From an uncultured virus (IMG/VR IMGVR_UViG_3300037189_025930) (Duplodnaviria > Heunggongvirae > Uroviricota > Caudoviricetes), in IMG/VR virus record IMGVR_UViG_3300037189_025930: a stretch of 64,000 nucleotides of DNA, one strand, 5' to 3'. A program made the translations under genes and the position numbers. This document shows, one piece after another, positions 48,336 to 57,317 of this stretch. The notes below the pieces were generated by a model. The model was not told the DNA's origin, searched no databases, and worked only from the letters and a program-made list of their open reading frames with translations. Within the stretch, counting starts at the first letter, position 1. Each line of letters opens with the position of its first letter.

Positions 48336-48423
48336 ATTTTCTACCTCTTGTGTGTGTTGTGTGTAGAATTAATCTTTGATTAACTCTATAAATATTATAT
48401 AAAATTAAATTTAAAAATATGTT

Positions 48424-48861
48424 TTATCTAAAATTTTTTGTTTCTAAGAGAAATAAATCGTCTTCTCTTTTTTGAGAAGTTATAAATAAATCGTCTTGAG
48501 CATCTTCAAGAGAATTATATTTTTTAATAAAATCTACTTTCTCATTACAAATCAGCCAAAATTTATTTTTAGAAACATCTATTTTATTTGGATTTTTATA
48601 TAACACTACTTTACATTTTTGATTTTTATCTCTAAAATCAAAAAAACCATATTTATAATTATAAGTCTGACTTGCTTTTTTTAATGTATTATGAACTTTG
48701 TTAGTCCATATATGATTATCAATTTTATCTTTATGTGAATTAACATAAAAAATTAATAAATCATCTGGAACTAAATCCCATTCTGATTCAGCAATAAGAT
48801 CATTTATTTCATACCAATTATAAAAACTATTAAATTTATCGTTCCACTCTATATCAATCAT
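48424..48861 (-). CDS. Hypothetical protein
   Basis: 145-aa ORF, AGGTG RBS. Confidence 0.65.
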   Translation of the reverse strand: MIDIEWNDKFNSFYNWYEINDLIAESEWDLVPDDLLIFYVNSHKDKIDNHIWTNKVHNTLKKASQTYNYKYGFFDFRDKNQKCKVVLYKNPNKIDVSKNKFWLICNEKVDFIKKYNSLEDAQDDLFITSQKREDDLFLLETKNFR

Positions 48862-49217
48862 TTGTCACCTGTATAAAATTATTTAAAAATTTAAAATGTT
48901 CACTTCATATATCTAAAATACATGGATAAAGCATAATCATTAATAGGTTTATTAGCGTTAGAATTATAATATTCTATAAAATCTTTAATTTTAAAAATAT
49001 CTTTTGATTGATTAAAAAAACCATCTATTATTTTTTGATTTTGATTGTGACTTAGTGATCCATAAGTTGAAATAAGATGCATTAAAATTTTCTTATTATT
49101 CAATTTTAAATTCCTTTATTTATTATAGAATTTAAAATTACTTATGTTTAAAAAAAAATGCCATCCTAAGATGGCGAGTGTTTGTTTAAGGGGTGATAAA
49201 CTATGAATAAAAATTGA

Positions 49218-49415
49218 TTATTCCTTGGGGTTAAATTCAAATCCTTGAAAAGATATTCTAAAAAAAATATTTAAAACTACTGACTCTAAATAAGAAATTT
49301 GTCTTAATGAAAATATATCTGATATAAGACTGTTCCATACTACTTGCGTTATAAGTCCAATAACTAAAACTATTACAATCAAATATACCACTAGAACTAT
49401 TATTTCCTGTTTCAT
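49218..49415 (-). CDS. Small membrane protein
   Basis: TM helix; WN..I..IF.L..I.Y. Confidence 0.65.
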   Translation of the reverse strand: MKQEIIVLVVYLIVIVLVIGLITQVVWNSLISDIFSLRQISYLESVVLNIFFRISFQGFEFNPKE

Positions 49416-49524
49416 ATATTTATATTATATATTTAATCAAAACATATTTAAAGTTTTTATAAAAATTCTAACTGTTCAATTTTTAGGATTAAACATCTAA
49501 TTACTATTAGTATAAAATATAGTT

Positions 49525-49893
49525 ATGGATAATTTACAAATAATAAAAAAAGAATTACAAAAATATACAATGATTAATAATTTTAAAGAAACTGATAAAT
49601 TTATTATAATCAATACAAATATTCCAATTAATTTTAGAAATCCTAATACAGAAGTTTCATTTAAACAAAAGGATAAAAATTATATTTCCTTTAAACTAAA
49701 AAAACAAAATTGGTCACTAACAATATCTAAAATACAATGGGTTTTCCCTAAAAAAAGTTTTAAATTTGAATTAAAACATAAGTATTCAATTTATTTTCGA
49801 TATTATAATTACAAGGATACTTTAGAATATGCAATAGAAAAAATAGATGACTTTTTAAAAGAATACATTTTAAACATGCAAGATTATATATGA
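49525..49893 (+). CDS. Hypothetical protein
   Basis: Downstream of promoter at 49480. Confidence 0.65.
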   Translation: MDNLQIIKKELQKYTMINNFKETDKFIIINTNIPINFRNPNTEVSFKQKDKNYISFKLKKQNWSLTISKIQWVFPKKSFKFELKHKYSIYFRYYNYKDTLEYAIEKIDDFLKEYILNMQDYI

Positions 49894-50234
49894 AATTTAT
49901 TGATTATTATTTATGTATAAACGATTATGATCATACAAAATATAAAGAATTATGTTTAATTGATTTTAATAATTATTATGTTATAATTTTTCACAATGTT
50001 GATAATTTATTAATTAATAAACAAAAAGTTATTTTTGATTTTTTTAAAACAGAAGAAGATCTTATTGTTTTTAAACATTATTTTAATGGTTATTATGATT
50101 GTCAAATAAATAAAATGCACGAGTTATCTTTTAAAGATTTTCAAAAATTATCTAACGATACACCAAAACACTTAACAGAAGAATCATTAAACGATTTTTT
50201 TAAGAAGCATCAATTATTTGAATTGATTATTTGA
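49890..50234 (+). CDS. Family A-like small protein
   Basis: YYLCI..LIDFNNYY; ends LFELII; close to 51665. Confidence 0.75.
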   Translation: MKFIDYYLCINDYDHTKYKELCLIDFNNYYVIIFHNVDNLLINKQKVIFDFFKTEEDLIVFKHYFNGYYDCQINKMHELSFKDFQKLSNDTPKHLTEESLNDFFKKHQLFELII

Positions 50235-50235
50235 A

Positions 50236-50790
50236 TTAATAGGAATAAATAATTTTACCTTTTTGTTTCTCATCAAGATAAATCATTTCGTCGATTGAAT
50301 TTGGAATTGGAGGATCTCTAAACCAAGATTCTTGTTTATTTTCTTTTTTAAGAAGAAATGCCATTCTTTTATATTGTGGATAAATATCATTAAAAACTTT
50401 TCTTTCATTATCGTAAGAAATATAAGTGTTATATAAAAATCTAGTAGAAGTCCAAAATTCTTTTAAAGGCAACCATTCAGGAATAAGTTTTAAAGTTTGT
50501 AATTTTTTTATTTCAGAATAAGTAGGTAGCACATAACGATACTGTTCGTTGGATAATTTTTGACGCATTTCAACTAAATCTAATAAAGTAGCCTCATCAT
50601 AAATTTCGTGATGAAAAATTAAATTAGAAATATCAACATCGTAAACTGGAATAAGAGAAAAATTACTTTTTTTCTGAGGTGACTCCTCTAATAATTGTTG
50701 ATTATATTTGATTTTAGCTTCTTTTAATTGTTCAAGAGAATCATACTCTTTTCCATTGAAGGTATAAATTTCTTTAATTTCTAATTTCAT
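50236..50790 (-). CDS. Family D-like N-terminus fused to DUF1566-like region
   Basis: IYTFNGKEYDSLE; YVLPTYSEI..FWTST. Confidence 0.6.
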   Translation of the reverse strand: MKLEIKEIYTFNGKEYDSLEQLKEAKIKYNQQLLEESPQKKSNFSLIPVYDVDISNLIFHHEIYDEATLLDLVEMRQKLSNEQYRYVLPTYSEIKKLQTLKLIPEWLPLKEFWTSTRFLYNTYISYDNERKVFNDIYPQYKRMAFLLKKENKQESWFRDPPIPNSIDEMIYLDEKQKGKIIYSY

Positions 50791-50842
50791 AATTTTGCCT
50801 CTTTTTATTTATCTAGTTAAATAATAAACTAAAAATTTAATA

Positions 50843-50913
50843 GTGACTAAACCCAAAAGAATATCCTATACAGAATTTTAGGTTTAAACACTTATCTAAA
50901 ATAATTATATAAT
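50843..50913. promoter_or_regulatory. Divergent pair of extended promoters
   Basis: (+) TTTTAGGTT-TAAACA-N17-TATAAT; (-) copy at 50843-50858. Confidence 0.75.
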
Positions 50914-50921
50914 AGTTACAA

Positions 50922-51230
50922 ATGGATAATATTTTATATATAAGATTAGAAGGAGATTCTATAAAAGGGTTATTATTATATGATAATAAAGGTAATAACT
51001 ATCATAGTGATAATAATTTTTTTACAATGACTTTTTATATGTTAGGACAAGAAGTAAGTAAATCTAAAAATCAAGAAATAATAAAATCTTTTAATAAAGA
51101 AAATTATTATAAATATTTTATTGATAATGATATCTTTAAAAAAATATTAAAAATGACTAACTATGAAATTCAAAATATAGATGTAAAAGATTTTATATTT
51201 AGATTAGGATTATTAGAGGCATATATTTAA
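50922..51230 (+). CDS. Family A small protein
   Basis: LYIRL..LLLYD; ends LLEAYI. Confidence 0.75.
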   Translation: MDNILYIRLEGDSIKGLLLYDNKGNNYHSDNNFFTMTFYMLGQEVSKSKNQEIIKSFNKENYYKYFIDNDIFKKILKMTNYEIQNIDVKDFIFRLGLLEAYI

Positions 51231-51265
51231 AAAAGAATTACCAATATCCCTTAATTTTTCCTAGC

Positions 51266-51339
51266 AGTCGTCCTGGCGACTTTAAATAGTTCCTTAAGCC
51301 AGAGCGTGCACACTCTTTAAAATGGTTTGTGCGGTGGAG
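51266..51339 (+). ncRNA. Pistol self-cleaving ribozyme
   Basis: P1 AGUCG/CGACU with loop UCCUGG; UUAAAUAG; P3 UUCC/GGAG; UUAAG; pseudoknot CCAGA; GCG; P2 UGCAC/GUGCG; G-U cleavage site 51334/51335. Confidence 0.85.
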
Positions 51340-51347
51340 ATCATAAT

Positions 51348-51668
51348 ATGGATTATGAAAAATTTTATAATGATATAGAATCTTTATTATATAAATATAA
51401 AGATGAATTTAATGTTTCTAGAGGAGGAACTCTACTAGACAAAATTGAGAATGTTTTTTATGATTACGTAGAAAAAATAAATGAGTGTTCAAGATTAGAA
51501 GATGATATATCAGACTCTCTAGGTGCAAATTCAGAGTACAGAGTTGAAATTGATACCTTACAAGAAGAAAATGACGCTCTATCGTCTAAAGTATTTCAGT
51601 TAGAAGAATCTATTAATCAATATCGTAACATCTTATTAGAAAATAATTTGAGTGAACATTTACTTTGA
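51348..51668 (+). CDS. Coiled-coil hypothetical protein
   Basis: ATG 8 nt after GGAG; ends LSEHLL. Confidence 0.75.
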   Translation: MDYEKFYNDIESLLYKYKDEFNVSRGGTLLDKIENVFYDYVEKINECSRLEDDISDSLGANSEYRVEIDTLQEENDALSSKVFQLEESINQYRNILLENNLSEHLL

Positions 51669-52057
51669 AATTTGAAGGATATTACGTTCATATTATTGAT
51701 GATAATTACGTTAATAATGGTAATTTATATGGATATAAATTAGATTTAATTAATTTTAATAATTATTATTTTATATCTTATTTTTCTGAATATCATTATG
51801 TGGACGTTAAAGATAACGTTTTAATGGAATTTCGTTATTTTGATAAACGTTATGATATCAAAAAAACTTTTAATTTAGAAAGATTACTTTTAAAGGATGT
51901 TAAATATGATCATATATATGATGTTAATATAAAAAAAATGTATCCTTTAAATTTAAAAACTTTTTTTAACTTAAAAAGGAATAGACCAAAATCTATGAAA
52001 TCAGAATATATTAATGAATATTTTATTGAAAATAAATTATATGAGCTAGTGATATGA
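51665..52057 (+). CDS. Family A-like small protein
   Basis: LINFNNYY; ends LYELVI. Confidence 0.75.
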   Translation: MKFEGYYVHIIDDNYVNNGNLYGYKLDLINFNNYYFISYFSEYHYVDVKDNVLMEFRYFDKRYDIKKTFNLERLLLKDVKYDHIYDVNIKKMYPLNLKTFFNLKRNRPKSMKSEYINEYFIENKLYELVI

Positions 52058-52389
52058 AAAACAGTTATTATATTTATCTTAATTGCCATCAAATTAATCA
52101 TCAAATAATTGAATGCGTTTTATTTGATTTAGAAAATAAAAAAATATATGATCCATCAATCGTTAATGAGTTTGATAAAAAAAATGATTTAATAGGTGAT
52201 AACTATGTTGATTTTATTTTAAACGATGAATTATATGAAGAGTATTTAGTTAGTTATCCTGAGGATGAAGTATTTGTTTTGACACCTCAACAATTAAATT
52301 ATATATTAGGACTTCATCCTAATCAAATTTTTAGTCAAAGTTTAGAGGATCTTTTTACAACTCTTAAATTAGAGGAATATCTAATTTAA
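52054..52389 (+). CDS. Family A small protein
   Basis: YYIYL..VLFD; ends LEEYLI. Confidence 0.8.
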   Translation: MKNSYYIYLNCHQINHQIIECVLFDLENKKIYDPSIVNEFDKKNDLIGDNYVDFILNDELYEEYLVSYPEDEVFVLTPQQLNYILGLHPNQIFSQSLEDLFTTLKLEEYLI

Positions 52390-52459
52390 TATGATATACT
52401 TTTAGGTTTATGCATCTACTCAAAATTCTAGTATTCTATATACTAGAAGGAGAAATAGC

Positions 52460-52744
52460 GTGAGTATATATAAAATAAGTAAAAAAGGTTCTGAAGATTA
52501 TTCTGGAGCAATAATTGGCGGCGAGTTTTCAAAGTTTGAAGCTTTTAGTATTTTTAATAAAAAGTGTAATTTTGGAGATAATAATATTTTTGAACAGTTT
52601 GATATTGAAGAATTTCAAGATCTTCAAAAAGCTTTAGAAAAAATAGATTGTCCAGTTCTAGCACCTAGATATAAAAAAATGAATCGTAAATCAAGTGAAG
52701 CAAAAATAGTAATTTTACAATGGTATAAAGGATGGATAAAATGA
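52460..52744 (+). CDS. Hypothetical protein
   Basis: GTG start, AAGGAG RBS, promoter at 52400. Confidence 0.65.
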   Translation: MSIYKISKKGSEDYSGAIIGGEFSKFEAFSIFNKKCNFGDNNIFEQFDIEEFQDLQKALEKIDCPVLAPRYKKMNRKSSEAKIVILQWYKGWIK

Positions 52745-53051
52745 AGAAAGAAGTTTTAATTTGTGGAACATGTAAGCAAGTTATTAAAGATGGAAAGAAG
52801 CATCATTGTGAGGATGTTTCTTCTAATAAAAGAAATGAGTATTATATAGATGATAAATTAAAAACTAATTACTTTTTATCTTTTCTTAAAAAATAACAAT
52901 ATTCTTATAATTATCATTATTGGATAAAAAAGAGAAAACAAAGCAAACATCTTTATTTTATCTTGTTCTTCAATATAAGAATCGTCTAAGAAATAAAAAA
53001 TTAAACCTAAAATAGTTCCTATCGTTATATAACAAAAAAGAATTTTTATTT

Positions 53052-53225
53052 TCATAAAAAAGTCTTTTTAAAGATTTTGAAAAAATCTTTTTCATTTTTA
53101 ACAAAAAATTTATCTTTATCTTTTTGCTTATAAAGAATTTTAAATTCATTACGATTATCAAGATATTGATCTATTATTTGATATATATTTTTACCTTTTA
53201 ATCCTTGATAAAAAGTATTATTCAT
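53052..53225 (-). CDS. Small hypothetical protein
   Basis: ATGA-coupled; YQGLKGKNIYQII..LY..FFV. Confidence 0.5.
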   Translation of the reverse strand: MNNTFYQGLKGKNIYQIIDQYLDNRNEFKILYKQKDKDKFFVKNEKDFFKIFKKTFL

Positions 53226-53500
53226 AATGTCCATTCCTCCAATAAACATGCTTGTAAAAATTCTTGTCTATTTAAACAACAAAAATGAATTAAATTTATT
53301 TTACTAAACAGTTCATAATATTTATCTGATATTGGTATTGAATCTTTAATAATATTTTTATAATATGTTTCTATTTTTTTTATTTTAAATTCTTTTTTTT
53401 GATGTATAACTATATCTTTATCGGTATCTATAACTAAAATATTAAGTATTTTATTTGTTATCTTTGAATCTTCTATATATAATCTTTTTTTATTTTTCAT
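53222..53500 (-). CDS. Family A small protein
   Basis: SIPIS; ends LEEWTL. Confidence 0.7.
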   Translation of the reverse strand: MKNKKRLYIEDSKITNKILNILVIDTDKDIVIHQKKEFKIKKIETYYKNIIKDSIPISDKYYELFSKINLIHFCCLNRQEFLQACLLEEWTL

Positions 53501-53778
53501 TAAATTTGCCACTCTTGTAGTTTTAATTTTTCTAAAAATTGTTTTTCAGATAACGCTGTTATTTCATTTTTTATCTCATATATATTATCCTCATTAAATG
53601 GTATTCTTTTCCAGCTATTAGTTGGAAACACTTCGTTAAAACCTTCTGTTGATAATGGATCAATGTTACATATAGTCCCAGCAAAAGAAAACATTTTTAT
53701 TTTTTCTTCTTTTTTAAAATATAAGTAAAATACATCAATTTTATTTATATATAAACTATACACTAAATAACAATTCAC
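53500..53778 (-). CDS. Family A small protein
   Basis: MNCYLV; ends LQEWQI. Confidence 0.7.
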   Translation of the reverse strand: MNCYLVYSLYINKIDVFYLYFKKEEKIKMFSFAGTICNIDPLSTEGFNEVFPTNSWKRIPFNEDNIYEIKNEITALSEKQFLEKLKLQEWQI

Positions 53779-54281
53779 AATAAATATTCTACCTTATTTA
53801 TATCAATTAAAAATTGTCTATAATCGTTAGCATAGTCAGAATCTAAAATAATTTCATTTCCTAATTCAAAATAATCTTTTAAAACATGCTTAGCATATAA
53901 AAAAGAATAATATGGACTATTAGATATTTTTTTTTCTCCTTTTTCCCATCTACCTTTTATTATATAAAGAGAATAATAATAAGAAGCATCAGAATATAAT
54001 AAAATCTTTTTTTCACTTTTTATCCATCTTTTTTTTATTACTCTACGACAATAAAGAACGATTTCTTTAGAATTAACTCTTCCATTTGATCTTAAAAAAT
54101 TTTTTTCTAAATCTTCCCATCTACCTTTAATAATATTACTAGCATAATAAATTGCATACTCTTTATATCTTAATAATCTTTTTTCGTTCTCAAGATCCCT
54201 TTTTTTACTCTTTTTACAATCTTTAAGAATTTTTTTTGCTTCAGCATAAGAAGTTTGATAAATCATGTTCATAAAAGCCAT
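53775..54281 (-). CDS. Family B helical-repeat protein
   Basis: IIKGRWE repeats; ends KVEYLL. Confidence 0.85.
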   Translation of the reverse strand: MAFMNMIYQTSYAEAKKILKDCKKSKKRDLENEKRLLRYKEYAIYYASNIIKGRWEDLEKNFLRSNGRVNSKEIVLYCRRVIKKRWIKSEKKILLYSDASYYYSLYIIKGRWEKGEKKISNSPYYSFLYAKHVLKDYFELGNEIILDSDYANDYRQFLIDINKVEYLL

Positions 54282-54520
54282 TCAGTTTTCCAGTGTTTTT
54301 AGTAATTTCATAAATATCTTTAAGTGTTATTATATCGCTATTCAAAAATATTTTCCTCTATTATGTGTTTATAATAAAAATATTCCCTATTATTATTATA
54401 TAGTAAATATATTTGAATGTTTAAACTTGAAAACTGATTAAATTTTGATCACTTATTTTTAATGTTTTTAAATATTTAAAATATTTTTCAATTAATTGAT
54501 CTCAAATTTTGAAAATATCA

Positions 54521-54817
54521 TTATATAAAATACTCCTCAAAGCCATGTTCTACATGAAAATTACTATTGTTTTCTTTATTAAAAGAAATAGATAATAAAT
54601 ACCTAAGTTTATCTTTATTTATAAGTTGATTTTTATTTTTTGTAAAAGGCATAGTCGTGTAATATACAAACCAATTATTTTTTAATTTCCTTCTAAGAGT
54701 TAAATATTTAGTTGGATTCATAAAAGTAATAATAAGATTTGAATAAACATAATTTTTTCTATAAATGTAAATAATAACAGAATCGTTAAATTTTGAGACA
54801 CTAATATAATCATTCAT
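54521..54817 (-). CDS. Family A-like small protein
   Basis: ends FEEYFI. Confidence 0.6.
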   Translation of the reverse strand: MNDYISVSKFNDSVIIYIYRKNYVYSNLIITFMNPTKYLTLRRKLKNNWFVYYTTMPFTKNKNQLINKDKLRYLLSISFNKENNSNFHVEHGFEEYFI

Positions 54818-54855
54818 TAACTCATTTTATTTATTAATAAAATGAATGTTTATTT

Positions 54856-55191
54856 TTAAATAAATTGATCAGCATTTTGTTCTACAAATTTTTTAACCAT
54901 AAGGTGTGTAAGATCATCTTCATTTATAATACCTTCTTTTATATAATTAAAAGGTCCAGTATAAAAATATTTTAATTTAGAAGTTCCAGGTACACACCAA
55001 TATCCTATTTTCTTATGCTTTCTTAAAATACCAAGTTGATATAATTTAGTAATGTTTGTTGACCAAGATGAATAATTAATTGGATCTTTTCTTCCAGAGA
55101 TTCTCCAAATTTCTTCAATCATTTGTTTTCTTTTTAGAGTTTTTTCTTCTAAAACTTTTACTAATTGTCTAACAATAGAATTTTCTTTCAA
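54856..55191 (-). CDS. Possible winged-helix protein
   Basis: STNITKLYQLGIL..GYW. Confidence 0.55.
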   Translation of the reverse strand: MKENSIVRQLVKVLEEKTLKRKQMIEEIWRISGRKDPINYSSWSTNITKLYQLGILRKHKKIGYWCVPGTSKLKYFYTGPFNYIKEGIINEDDLTHLMVKKFVEQNADQFI

Positions 55192-55276
55192 TTTTATTAC
55201 CTACTAGATAATTATACTTACATTTTAATACAATGATTAATCCTAAAATATTAACATCTAAACAAAAAACTAACGC

Positions 55277-55801
55277 TTAAGCGTTAGTTTTTTCACTTTC
55301 TAATTGTTGAACTAATAATCCCATACAGTGTTTTAATACAAAGATTGGAAGTGTCGCCATAGTTAAAGATACGAATAAATGAAAAAATTGTCCAGGATCT
55401 AAAAAACTAAGAAGTAAATTTTTAAAAGTTGATCCACCAGCACTGTGAAGAGATAACATCAAGTTAGCATATACAGAAATAGTGAATGTTGAAAAAGTAG
55501 ATATGTTAATTAATTTTTTATCCCTCATAAGATAAAAAACTATAATCATCATATCTAAAAAAGCAGTTAATCCAATAGCGTATATATCAGCATAATGAGA
55601 GCCTATCATATCGAACCTTGATTCAGATATTTGGTGTCTAACTGCGTGATAATTACTAATTGTACCAACAACTCCAGATGTTAATGCTACTCCAAATTTT
55701 AATTTTTTGCTTTCAAAAAAATTAAAAAATTCAGATTCCCCAATTTTAAATGCTTCTTCTTGTGAGAAGTATTGTTTTTGAATCCATGGTTCTGTTTTCA
55801 T
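55277..55801 (-). CDS. Multi-pass membrane protein
   Basis: About 4 hydrophobic segments. Confidence 0.7.
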   Translation of the reverse strand: MKTEPWIQKQYFSQEEAFKIGESEFFNFFESKKLKFGVALTSGVVGTISNYHAVRHQISESRFDMIGSHYADIYAIGLTAFLDMMIIVFYLMRDKKLINISTFSTFTISVYANLMLSLHSAGGSTFKNLLLSFLDPGQFFHLFVSLTMATLPIFVLKHCMGLLVQQLESEKTNA

Positions 55802-55831
55802 AGTTTTCTTTCCCTTTTAGGTTTTATTTTT

Positions 55832-56014
55832 TTATTTTGTTAGAGTACAACGATATTTTTCACCTGAATCGTAAAATCTGATTTCTGTTTTAGCATTTTT
55901 TTCAATTATTTTATATTCTGTCATTGCAACATCTGAATCACTAATGAAATTATTCAGTAACACTAGAACTGCTGCTAGAACTATTAGATTTTTTACCATC
56001 TGCTCCCTCCTCAA
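55832..56014 (-). CDS. Small membrane-anchored protein
   Basis: NLIVLAAVLVLL. Confidence 0.55.
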   Translation of the reverse strand: MRREQMVKNLIVLAAVLVLLNNFISDSDVAMTEYKIIEKNAKTEIRFYDSGEKYRCTLTK

Positions 56015-56134
56015 AGTTTACTTCTTTAATCCAAGAAGACGGGCTATTTTCTTTTTCAAGTTTTTTAAATTCATGCCAAACACTTTTTACGTTGTTTAGC
56101 ATTTCATTTAAAAAATCAAAATTTATTCTTATCT

Positions 56135-56566
56135 TCAAACTGAAACTCCTGTACTATTTGGTTTAAAAGAAAAACAAAGTTTATCACCAATAATAACACA
56201 ATTATTGATAACAAATAAGTTTTCACAATTAAGAATAATAGAACCCCAACTATTAGGTTTTTCTTTTCTTAGGTGCTCAATAAAACCAATTAAATCTTTT
56301 AAAGTTAAACTATCGTGACCTTCGCTACCATATACGAAACTGACCATGTTTATTTCTTCTTCAAAAGAAATATTTGAGATTTTAAAAAATACTTCTTTAT
56401 CATTTTCAACGTCAACTACGCCATAATTTAATTTTAATTCTTTAAAATCATCAAAGTTTTCACTTATCAAGTTTATTGATCTTTGAGCCCATGAACAGTT
56501 AAACGGTTCAATACCAAGCAGATTTGAAAATTCAACGGATGTTTTTAATAATTTTTTTCTTTCCAT
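56135..56566 (-). CDS. Hypothetical protein (paralog of 29476..29886)
   Basis: AAGGAG RBS, promoter at 56625. Confidence 0.7.
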   Translation of the reverse strand: MERKKLLKTSVEFSNLLGIEPFNCSWAQRSINLISENFDDFKELKLNYGVVDVENDKEVFFKISNISFEEEINMVSFVYGSEGHDSLTLKDLIGFIEHLRKEKPNSWGSIILNCENLFVINNCVIIGDKLCFSFKPNSTGVSV

Positions 56567-56666
56567 ATTACTTTCTCCTTATTTTATTATTTGTAATAAT
56601 ATAATATACTATAATATATAATAAGTGTTTAAACCTAAAAATAAAACACTTAATATATTAAAACAC

Positions 56667-56945
56667 ATGAAAGAAAATTATTACCTTGGTTTTACTTTAA
56701 AAAATGAAAAAATATCATCCATTAGAGTGTACGATAAAAACAAAGGAGATATTTTTTTTTTAGATAATCCAAACGAATTTTCAATGAAAGGAAATTTACT
56801 TTTTTTTAAATTAAATTTAGATTTTTTTGTTCCAATAAATAAAGTTTTATTTTTTAAAGTTCTAAATTTAAAAAGAAAAGATTATAGAAAAATAGATTTA
56901 AAAACGTTTTTAATTTATAATGGATTAGAGGAGTGGTGTTTATAA
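56667..56945 (+). CDS. Family A small protein
   Basis: YYLGF..VYD..FVPIN; ends LEEWCL. Confidence 0.75.
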   Translation: MKENYYLGFTLKNEKISSIRVYDKNKGDIFFLDNPNEFSMKGNLLFFKLNLDFFVPINKVLFFKVLNLKRKDYRKIDLKTFLIYNGLEEWCL

Positions 56946-57230
56946 AATAAATTCTTCAAAATTATATTTTTTATAAAAATCAATTAAAAACATATCTTTA
57001 ATATCTCTAAAATCAGCTTTTAAAAATTGATTAAAAGTTTTTTCATCTATATTAATTAGATGTGGGTCACTTTGAAAATTTGCTAAATAAAACGATAAGT
57101 CTGAACTATAATCTTTAATTATTTTTTCACCTGTATATTTTAAATTGTTTTTAGCGTCAAATACAGATAATCCTATTATTTTTTGATTATCATTTATTTT
57201 AATTGATAATGTATATTCTTTTTGATTCAT
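56940..57230 (-). CDS. Family A small protein
   Basis: KYTGEKIIKD; ends FEEFIL. Confidence 0.8.
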   Translation of the reverse strand: MNQKEYTLSIKINDNQKIIGLSVFDAKNNLKYTGEKIIKDYSSDLSFYLANFQSDPHLINIDEKTFNQFLKADFRDIKDMFLIDFYKKYNFEEFIL

Positions 57231-57317
57231 TATTATATCCTTTTTTGTTTTTAATAAATCATCAAAAATAATTAAAAAAAATCTCTTTCTTAAAAAAGAA
57301 AGAGATTAATTATTTTT

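Noticed and set aside
51327..51347. TTG start for the 113-aa ORF
   Set aside because: It lies inside ribozyme P2; ATG 51348 has a properly spaced GGAG
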